Of a stretch of 62,675 bases of DNA, positions 9,176 to 16,347 are shown piece after piece; the stretch's first letter is position 1, and every line of letters begins with the position of its first letter. Below the pieces are notes generated by a model, which had not been told where the DNA came from, did no database searches, and saw nothing but the letters and a program-made list of their open reading frames with translations. This stretch comes from Tolypothrix carrinoi HA7290-LM1. Its GTDB lineage: Bacteria; Cyanobacteriota; Cyanobacteriia; Cyanobacteriales; Nostocaceae. Both the position numbers and the translations under genes were made by a program. The stretch lies in contig JAHHIK010000043.1 of NCBI GenBank assembly GCA_019358935.1, positions 1 through 62,675 of the forward strand, given 5' to 3'.

Positions 9176-10345
9176 TCAAAACTCTGTCCAGCGGTCTTGG
9201 GGTAAAAACGATCGCTCCATCGGAATTGGGGAAACTGCTTCTGTCAGGGTAAATGTACCAGCCTCAATCCACTGTTTCAATTCTTGTGCCACTTGTCTGG
9301 AAAGATACATACTTGCAAGGGGAGCAACACGCACTGTTTTACCTTCAATAGTGATTCGCCCAGATTTAAGTTGGGCGTAACTCACTAACCCAAAGGTGGG
9401 ACGGACGCGCCGAGGGATGGAAAAGTCTACTATCGGCGCTACTAAGTCTTTGTCAGTCACGCAAGCACGTTCTACGACTTGTTCGTTTAATACCGGAAGT
9501 GGTACGCCTACGCCTAACATTAAGGAAGGTCCGTAACTTTTGAAGTAACAACCGCGTACCCAACGCGCATCCATTTGTTTGGCATCGCCAATTAACGCTA
9601 AAGTGGCGGCAGGACCGATGGGTGTATGATTAGGTAATCGCTTTTGTAAGGGAAAGTGCTGAGTACCTTCCCATGATACATAGCCTACACCACCGCCTAA
9701 GAAAATTCGCGTACCAATGCCGATAAGCTGTAGTTCGGGGTCGTTGAGTAAAGGGGAAATCGCACCTGGGTTAGAGTAAACTGCATTCCCCAAACGCGGT
9801 TGTAGTGGACCGAGATAAGTGAAAAGTGGGCGATCGCCTCCATTCACCCCCACGATAAAATTTTGATAAAGATTGCGCGGATTAAATAAATAAAACTGAT
9901 TTATCGTTTCACGGGTAATTGTGGTTTCAAAGGTGGCACGGGGGTAACAATCTGTTACTTGTCCTTGTGCGCGTACATGTACGGGTTTGCCGGCGATTAA
10001 ATCTTCAATTACATGTCCACCACCGCGTTCCCGGACTTCTTCGCCGTCGGTGACTTCCACGGCACAGCTTGCACCTATGTATAAATCTACTGCCCCAAAA
10101 CCGGAATATACGGGGACACTATCTAACCAAGCGCGGCGAATTTTAATTGGTGGGTCAGTGTGTCCCAAGTTAATAATCGCACCTGATGATTCCATCGGCT
10201 CAAATGTGCCGGTGGTAATGACATCAGTTTCTTTGGCAACTTGAGTAACGCCGACTTCTGCAACTCGTGCTTTGAGTTCTTCAACAGTTAACACTACAGC
10301 ACGTTTGCGGCTAATTTTATCGTTAATTTCAGCAAGCGATCGCAT
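9176..10345 (-). CDS. Homocysteine biosynthesis protein (DUF39, L-aspartate semialdehyde sulfurtransferase-like)
   Basis: DVITTGTFEPMESSGA, GGGHVIEDLIAGK, TDCYPR, FNPRNLYQN, WEGTQH motifs. Confidence 0.9.
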   Translation of the reverse strand: MRSLAEINDKISRKRAVVLTVEELKARVAEVGVTQVAKETDVITTGTFEPMESSGAIINLGHTDPPIKIRRAWLDSVPVYSGFGAVDLYIGASCAVEVTDGEEVRERGGGHVIEDLIAGKPVHVRAQGQVTDCYPRATFETTITRETINQFYLFNPRNLYQNFIVGVNGGDRPLFTYLGPLQPRLGNAVYSNPGAISPLLNDPELQLIGIGTRIFLGGGVGYVSWEGTQHFPLQKRLPNHTPIGPAATLALIGDAKQMDARWVRGCYFKSYGPSLMLGVGVPLPVLNEQVVERACVTDKDLVAPIVDFSIPRRVRPTFGLVSYAQLKSGRITIEGKTVRVAPLASMYLSRQVAQELKQWIEAGTFTLTEAVSPIPMERSFLPQDRWTEF

Positions 10346-10641
10346 ATTTAAATGTAGCGAATTGGTTTAAAGTTCAATTTACTTCAAACTATAGTCAACA
10401 ATAGCTTAGTACGGCGTTACAGAAGTTGGTGTAAATTGAACCAGTAAATTGAAACGCATTAGGTAGTTGATATATTAGGATTAAGAAAAAGATTATACAG
10501 AAAGTTTCCGTATAATAAATAGTTAGGCTGCAAAGTATGGCTATTGTGGAAGACGAGTAAATAGTTAACTTTTCTCTTTTTAAACCGCTTAAAGTTGCTC
10601 AAGCCTGCTATGTTGTCAATAGTTGAGTTAAGCAGGTATTG

Positions 10642-11289
10642 ATGCAACATGTCACCCCCAAGGAAGCAGCAAAAATCCTTGGTGTCCACGTCTCCTCCCT
10701 TAGAAGATGGGAGAACGAAGGAAAGCTCAAAGCAATCCGGACACCAGGAGGTCAAAGAAGGTTCATCCTCGAAGAAATCGAAGAAGTCGCAGGTATCCCC
10801 AGGACAATTAGAACTATTTGTTACGGAAGGGTTTCGACTCATTCCCAATCAGACGATTTGCAGCGACAACTTGAACATTTACGCTCAAGATACCCAGAGG
10901 CTGAAGTTATTTCAGAAACTGGAAGCGGACTCAATTTCCGGAGGAAAAAATTCCTTGCAATTTTGGAACGAATCATCGACGGTGATATCCAACGTATTGT
11001 CGTTGCCCACCCTGACAGACTCGTTAGATTTGGATTTGAACTGGTTAAATGGTTATGCGAAAAATTTGAGTGCGAACTCGTGGTTCTCAATGACCGTAAA
11101 CTCAGTCCGGAAGCAGAACTCATTCAAGATATGTTGTCCATCGTCCACTGTTTCTCTAGTAGGTTATACGGGCTTAGAAAATACAAATCAAAGCTCAAAG
11201 AAGACTTACAAAAAGAAAGCTCGTCATTCGATATCCAAATCGACAAAACTTCAACCGAACAGTGTACAGAAAATCAGGCTATATCCTAG
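10642..11289 (+). CDS. tnpA: IS607 transposase (MerR-like HTH + serine recombinase)
   Basis: EAAKILGVHVSSLRRWENEGKL...RTPGGQRR HTH; YGRVST catalytic Ser; GSGLNF.RK; DRLVRFGFEL; SSRLYGLR. Confidence 0.95.
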   Translation: MQHVTPKEAAKILGVHVSSLRRWENEGKLKAIRTPGGQRRFILEEIEEVAGIPRTIRTICYGRVSTHSQSDDLQRQLEHLRSRYPEAEVISETGSGLNFRRKKFLAILERIIDGDIQRIVVAHPDRLVRFGFELVKWLCEKFECELVVLNDRKLSPEAELIQDMLSIVHCFSSRLYGLRKYKSKLKEDLQKESSSFDIQIDKTSTEQCTENQAIS

Positions 11290-12430
11290 CAAGGAATTAC
11301 ATCTAGTTTGGAAGCGATGGTTAGCTCAGTACCGTTATTATTACAACGAAACTATTAGTTTATTACGTTGTTATGACGGTGTTGAGAAACTTTCGGCTGA
11401 AATATTAGATAAGTTTTTGCAACGACTAGAAAGCTTGCCGGATTGGGTAAAAACAATACCTGGTCATCAACGGCAAGAGGCTTGCTTTGAGGCTTACGAT
11501 GCATTTAATCGAGCAAAGAAAGATGGAGGTTGGGCTAAGTTTAAATCTGTCAAAGCTACAACTCAAACAATACAATTCAAAGTTGGTAACTACAAAAATG
11601 GCACTTGGTATTGTAATACAACTAAAGGATTAAAGTTCATCACGATTAATCAAACCGTCCCAGATCAATGCGAATATGGTACAGAGCTTGTATACCGTCG
11701 TGGTAAGTGGTTTGGGTGTTTTCCTTGTGTTGAAGAAGTTATTACTACTGGTAGCGATAGAGTAATTGCACTTGACCCAGGAAATCGCACTTTTTTGACG
11801 GGGTTCGATGGTGAGAACGTCTTAGAAATTGGTAAGGGAGATATCGGACGCATACAACGCTTGTGTCAGCACCTTGATAAATTAATAAGCCGTTCAACCA
11901 AAGTTAAATGCCGTCACCGCAGAAAGATGCGACTTGCTGCAAATAGAATTAGAGAAAGAATTCAAAGCTTAATTAAAGAGTTGCATAACAAGGCGACTAA
12001 CTTGCTAGTTAATTCTTACAAAGTAATATTCCTACCTACTTTTGATTCGAGCCAAATGGTAATCAAAATTAGAAATGGGAAAAAACGCAGAATTAACAAT
12101 AAATCAGCTAGGCAAATGTTAACTCTTTCTCATCACCGCTTTGAACGACATCTTAAACAAGCGGCATCTAAAAAAGATGTAATAGTCGTTCTTTGTAACG
12201 AGTCATACACCTCTAAAACCTGCGGCAACTGCGGTCATATTCACCACAAACTTGGTGGCTCTAAAATCTTTAAATGCTCACGTTGCGGAATTAAAATTTC
12301 TCGTGATGTAAATGGCGCACGTAATATTTTATTGCGTGCTTTGCAAGCAACTGCCTTTACCGTGACGCACGATAGAATCGTACTTTCAGATGAATCTGAA
12401 TTGACGGATGCCATAGTTAGTCAGGTTTAA
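10649..12430 (+). CDS. tnpB: RNA-guided endonuclease TnpB of pro-Fanzor/Fanzor2-like type (true start uncertain)
   Basis: KIRLYP; RuvC-I ALDPG; IFLPTF where the canonical RuvC-II Glu normally sits; NESYTSKTC; CxxC...CxxC; RDVNGARNI. Confidence 0.93.
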   Translation: MSPPRKQQKSLVSTSPPLEDGRTKESSKQSGHQEVKEGSSSKKSKKSQVSPGQLELFVTEGFRLIPNQTICSDNLNIYAQDTQRLKLFQKLEADSISGGKNSLQFWNESSTVISNVLSLPTLTDSLDLDLNWLNGYAKNLSANSWFSMTVNSVRKQNSFKICCPSSTVSLVGYTGLENTNQSSKKTYKKKARHSISKSTKLQPNSVQKIRLYPSKELHLVWKRWLAQYRYYYNETISLLRCYDGVEKLSAEILDKFLQRLESLPDWVKTIPGHQRQEACFEAYDAFNRAKKDGGWAKFKSVKATTQTIQFKVGNYKNGTWYCNTTKGLKFITINQTVPDQCEYGTELVYRRGKWFGCFPCVEEVITTGSDRVIALDPGNRTFLTGFDGENVLEIGKGDIGRIQRLCQHLDKLISRSTKVKCRHRRKMRLAANRIRERIQSLIKELHNKATNLLVNSYKVIFLPTFDSSQMVIKIRNGKKRRINNKSARQMLTLSHHRFERHLKQAASKKDVIVVLCNESYTSKTCGNCGHIHHKLGGSKIFKCSRCGIKISRDVNGARNILLRALQATAFTVTHDRIVLSDESELTDAIVSQV

Positions 12431-12527
12431 TCGCTTTGATTAGCTTAAAAGTTGCACTAAATGATTCAATTTCTACAATGGAGAAACTCTGGAATCAAAG
12501 TTGCCTAAAATATGAGGAAACTGATGT

Positions 12528-13388
12528 ATGGAAAGTAAATGGATTAGTCATAACGGAGTTCGCCTTTTCTCCGAATCTTTCGGTACTCCAGACGATCCAC
12601 CAATTTTATTAATCATGGGAGCAATGGCTTCAGCCGTGTGGTGGGCGGAAGACTTCTGCTGCCAATTAGCTGCTCTGGGTCGCTATGTAATTCGCTACGA
12701 TCACCGAGACACAGGACGCTCAACAAGTTACGAGCCAGGTCACATTTACTATTCTGTTGAAGATCTAGCGGATGATGCTTTTTGTGTTCTCGATGGCTAT
12801 GGAATTCAGAGTGCCCATTTAGTGGGGATATCGCTAGGAGGATTCCTAGCTCAACTCATGACGCTCAAGCGTCCTCAACGGGTCAAAAGTCTGACGTTAA
12901 TCGCCTCGGAACCCTTGGCTGAGACTGATCCGACCATGCCAGGGATCGATTCATCTGTCCTGGAATACCATGCAAAAGCCAGTGAACTGGATTGGGCAAA
13001 CCGTGAGGCAGTGATTGAATATCAAATTGGTGCGTGGCGATTGATTTCCGGTTCAGCCCATCCGTTTGATGAATCAGCTATCCGCGAATTAGCTGGGGCT
13101 GACTTTGATCGTACTCCCAATCTCATGACGACCTTTAATCATGCCTTGCTTCAAGGTGGAGAAAAATGGTTTAACCGCCTCCACGAAATCGCTGTACCAA
13201 CTCTGGTTATTCATGGCACAGAAGATTGTGTGTTACCCTATGCCCATAGCTTGGCATTACAAGCAGAGATCCAAGATGCTGTATTACTACCATTGCCAGG
13301 AACAGGACACGAACTACATCGCGATGACTGGTCTGTTATTCTTGAAGCGATAGAAAAGCACACTGTATCACAGCAAGAAACAGCCTAA
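12528..13388 (+). CDS. Alpha/beta hydrolase, EstX/EstT/RdmC-like esterase
   Basis: [23 protein letters not shown], nucleophile elbow GISLGG, HGTED, GTGHE catalytic triad motifs. Confidence 0.88.
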   Translation: MESKWISHNGVRLFSESFGTPDDPPILLIMGAMASAVWWAEDFCCQLAALGRYVIRYDHRDTGRSTSYEPGHIYYSVEDLADDAFCVLDGYGIQSAHLVGISLGGFLAQLMTLKRPQRVKSLTLIASEPLAETDPTMPGIDSSVLEYHAKASELDWANREAVIEYQIGAWRLISGSAHPFDESAIRELAGADFDRTPNLMTTFNHALLQGGEKWFNRLHEIAVPTLVIHGTEDCVLPYAHSLALQAEIQDAVLLPLPGTGHELHRDDWSVILEAIEKHTVSQQETA

Positions 13389-13469
13389 CAATTCGCTTGG
13401 AGCGGACTATTGAAAGTCCTTGGTACTGAGTTTGAGGTTATTTACAGCCGCTCAAGCGAACCGTTAGAC
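13383..13469 (+). other. attC-type integron cassette recombination site (87 bp)
   Basis: R'' GCCTAAC overlapping the stop codon; R' GTTAGAC; arms ttcgcttg(g)agcgg(a)ct and agccgctcaagcgaa pair perfectly except for two extrahelical bases. Confidence 0.85.
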
Positions 13470-13516
13470 CGCAATCACATAAAATGCGGTAATCATAAGT
13501 GATTAACCGGACTTGA

Positions 13517-13684
13517 TATAAGATAACGTGGCTCTGTTATAAGATAACGTGGCTCTGTTATAAGATAACGTGGCTCTGTTATAAGATAACGTGGCTCTGT
13601 TATAAGATAACGTCGCTCTGATATAAGATAACGTGGCTCTGTTATAAGATAACGTGGCTCTGTTATAAGATAACGTCGCTCTGC
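13517..13684. repeat. Tandem array, 8 x 21 bp (TATAAGATAACGT[G/C]GCTCTG[T/A/C])
   Basis: Counted directly; no spacers. Confidence 0.95.
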
Positions 13685-13970
13685 CAAATATAAAACGATC
13701 GCGACTTATTATTAAAACCTTGCTCTTATACCGTTTCACAAAAATCTTATACAATTCGCTCCCCCTGCTCCTCAGACTAGCCCTGCTACCCAAGTGCCTG
13801 CCTTCACCCGTCAAAATTAGGTAGGGTTGAGTATTACTACCACAGGGCGGAAATAAAGCTACCATTCAAAAAAGCCAGAAAGCTTGTCTTTCAAGCTTTT
13901 TGAATGCTTCAAAAAAATTTCAATGAGTCAAAAAGAGCAAAGACGATTTTTGTCAACCACGGCTATTTGC

Positions 13971-15596
13971 TCAACCCGTAGTGTTTATATTCAGTGGCAA
14001 CCTGACTGTAAAGCTTGCACCCTGCCCTTCACCGTCACTCGCTGCGGTAATAGTACCATTGTGCATTTCCACCAAACTACGGACGATCGCTAACCCCAGT
14101 CCCAATCCCTTATGCCTTGCTGTATATTGGTTATCAGCTTGACGAAATTGCTCGAATACATAAGGCAAAAAGTCAGGACTAATACCAATACCTGTATCAC
14201 TGACGGTGATTTGGGCGTAGGACTCATCTCGCTCTAACCAAATTGCGATCTGTCCTTCCTCTGGTGTAAATTTAATCGCATTAGTCAGTAAATTCCACAA
14301 AACTTGCTGCAATCGATTGGCATCGCCGAAAACTTCGCCGATTGTAAATTCAAGTGCTGACTCAATCGCAATGCTTTTAGCATCAGCTAATGGACGCACT
14401 ACATCAATTGCGGCATTAATTATTTGTGTTAAATCAACTGGGCACAGTTCAAGACGAAGTTTACCTTCACTGATGCGGGAAAAGTCTAAGAGGTCTTGAA
14501 TTAACTCGTTTTGTAACTTGGCGTTACGCTCAATTGTTGCAAGTGCGCGTGCAGTAGCTAAGTCGTCTAACTTGCCACCTTGAATTAACTTTGTCCAACC
14601 GAGTATAGCATTAAGAGGCGATCGCAATTCATGAGATATAATTGCCAAAAACTGATCCTTGGTGCGGTTGCTTGCTTCTGCTTCTGCACGACAGGCTTTT
14701 TCTTGTGCTAACAGTTGTTGCTTTTCTGCTTCGGCTTCTTTGCGATCGCTGATGTCGCGTTGCACAAAAATAAAATTAGTGCATTCCCCTGATTCGTCAA
14801 GCATCGGGGTAATATTTATTTCTGACCAAAACTCCGATCCGTCTTTGCGGTAGTTAATTAGTTCTACCTTTAGTGGCTGATAATTAGCGATTGCCTGACT
14901 AATTTCGTCTAGTACTTTTGGATCGGTTTTCAGTCCGTTGAGGATATTCGGTGTCTCACCTAAAACCTCCTCAGCACTGTAACCAGTCATGTGAGTGAAT
15001 GCTGCATTCACATAGACAATTCGCGCTTTGTTTTCATTAATTAACTTGACTTGAGTAACCATAACTGCATCGGTTACTTGAGATAAAATATAAGCCTGAA
15101 ATTTTAACTGCTCTTGAGTTGCTTTGAGTTTCCACAGCAGTTCTACTTTTTCGAGAGCGTGCTGAAGGGTTGAAAGCAAATTTTCTGCTGTGAGCTGTTC
15201 TTTGGTGAGATAGTCTGTAGCTCCTTTTTTCATTGCTTGGACAGCGATCGCTTCATTACCGCAAGCTGTCAGCATCACCACGGGAATATCTACCTGATTG
15301 GTTGCGTTTCTCAATTTATCGAGAAACTCAAGACCATCCATATCAGGTAGAGAGTAATCGACTACAACACAATCAGGCTGCAAAATCTTGCACAATTCTA
15401 GCGCTTCTTCGCCAAACTCTGACTCGATGACACTATATATGTAGTTCGAGCAGGAGTGTAAATAACGGCGGAAAGTTTGCCTGTCTTCGTGACAATCATC
15501 AACGATGAGAATACTGCGTCGCTTGTGTGCCATTTTTTCCACCCTTAGCGGCAATTCATTTGTGCTTGCTTCCTTAATTGGTTTATTTATTTGCAT
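13971..15596 (-). CDS. Hybrid sensor histidine kinase (REC-PAS-HisKA-HATPase)
   Basis: ILIVDD/VVVDYSLP/DYLTK receiver; YVNAAFTHMTGY...NYRKDGSEFW PAS; SHELRSPL; NAIKFT, DTGIG, GLGLGL. Start could be 15641, 15596 or 15533. Confidence 0.93.
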   Translation of the reverse strand: MQINKPIKEASTNELPLRVEKMAHKRRSILIVDDCHEDRQTFRRYLHSCSNYIYSVIESEFGEEALELCKILQPDCVVVDYSLPDMDGLEFLDKLRNATNQVDIPVVMLTACGNEAIAVQAMKKGATDYLTKEQLTAENLLSTLQHALEKVELLWKLKATQEQLKFQAYILSQVTDAVMVTQVKLINENKARIVYVNAAFTHMTGYSAEEVLGETPNILNGLKTDPKVLDEISQAIANYQPLKVELINYRKDGSEFWSEINITPMLDESGECTNFIFVQRDISDRKEAEAEKQQLLAQEKACRAEAEASNRTKDQFLAIISHELRSPLNAILGWTKLIQGGKLDDLATARALATIERNAKLQNELIQDLLDFSRISEGKLRLELCPVDLTQIINAAIDVVRPLADAKSIAIESALEFTIGEVFGDANRLQQVLWNLLTNAIKFTPEEGQIAIWLERDESYAQITVSDTGIGISPDFLPYVFEQFRQADNQYTARHKGLGLGLAIVRSLVEMHNGTITAASDGEGQGASFTVRLPLNINTTG

Positions 15597-15805
15597 ATAA
15601 TTTTTTTTAATCCCAGGAGTCAGGCGATCGCCTGACTCCAATTAAGCTTTTACTGCCTTTACAGCAGATATTCTTAATTTCCCTTTGCACAAGCAAGGTT
15701 ATCTCTCAAAACTGAGCAAATTATGAACTTATAATAATTTCTATCTAAAGATAGATAGATAATTCCAGATTAGCGATTATAAATAGTTGTATTACCCATT
15801 CCCCT

Positions 15806-15830
15806 AGAGACGTTCCATTGGAACGTCTCT
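15806..15830. repeat. REP-like palindrome of the (GT)AGAGACG...CGTCTCT(AC) family
   Basis: Related copies at 21293-21321, 24986-25014 (inside the TetR 3' end) and 33742-33773. Confidence 0.7.
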
Positions 15831-15835
15831 CCCCC

Positions 15836-16213
15836 CTAACTCCAACCTAAGATTTTTGCCACTTGATCTGCCAGCTTCAAAGGGTCAAAGGGCTTGGCAA
15901 TGACTCCTGCTACGCCTAAGTGAGCAAACTGATTCGGTTCGGCAAACTGTATTTTCGCACTCAGCAAAATGACTGGAATCGATTGGGTATCAGGTTTTTC
16001 TTGTAGATGATGAAATAAAGTGATACCATCCATTTCCGGCAGCATCACATCTAGCAAAATGGCATTTGGCTGTTCAATTTCCGCTATGAGTAACCCTTCA
16101 TTAGCGGTGGTAGCGATGAGTACTTCCCAACCTCCTAAGGTTTCTAAGCAAGTCTGAACTACTTCGCTCAAACGTTCTTCGTCATCAATCAGCAGAATTC
16201 GTCGCATTACCAA
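15836..16213 (-). CDS. Single-domain response regulator
   Basis: ILLIDD, ILLDVMLPEMDG, IAKPFDP. Confidence 0.93.
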   Translation of the reverse strand: MVMRRILLIDDEERLSEVVQTCLETLGGWEVLIATTANEGLLIAEIEQPNAILLDVMLPEMDGITLFHHLQEKPDTQSIPVILLSAKIQFAEPNQFAHLGVAGVIAKPFDPLKLADQVAKILGWS

Positions 16214-16314
16214 AGGAGTATTTTTATAAGCGGTAAAGTTAGCCTACTTTGGCAGGCTCTACTCCTCTTCTAGCCGTGGTGGTAATCTAAAGGTAGATTT
16301 TATTTAAGTCCTTC

Positions 16315-16347
16315 AGAAACCCGACTTCTTTGAGAAGTCGGGTTTCT
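16315..16347. repeat. 33-bp palindrome (AGA[A/T]ACCCGACTTCT-N3-AGAAGTCGGGT[T/A]TCT)
   Basis: 15-bp arms; second copy at 18431-18463. Confidence 0.85.

Larger units (their letters stand above)
10540..12481 (+). mobile_element. IS607-family element (tnpA serine recombinase + tnpB); ends approximate
   Basis: Overlapping tnpA/tnpB pair; shared motif gcttaaa(a)gttgc near both ends (10586-10597 and 12443-12455). Confidence 0.85.

Noticed and set aside
8866..9380. Several overlapping ORFs (e.g. 8866-9252, 8925-9380)
   Set aside because: They are translations of STRR and dispersed repeats or antisense to the DUF39 gene; GC-rich repeats simply lack stops.
10372..10453. GTAAATTGAA repeats (two direct, one inverted) as the IS607 left end
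   Set aside because: They lie in the DUF39 promoter region upstream of the candidate cassette boundary and match the right end only weakly; could be a host operator. Unresolved without other IS copies.
10504..10531. dif/XerCD-like site (tttccgtataa-taaata-gttaggc)
   Set aside because: The left arm resembles a XerC box but there is no TTATGTTAAAT-like XerD arm; better explained as a hairpin plus cassette core site.
13517..13684. Possible CRISPR array (also 58100-58372 and 61436-61549)
   Set aside because: Units are contiguous with no unique spacers, and no cas genes are present.
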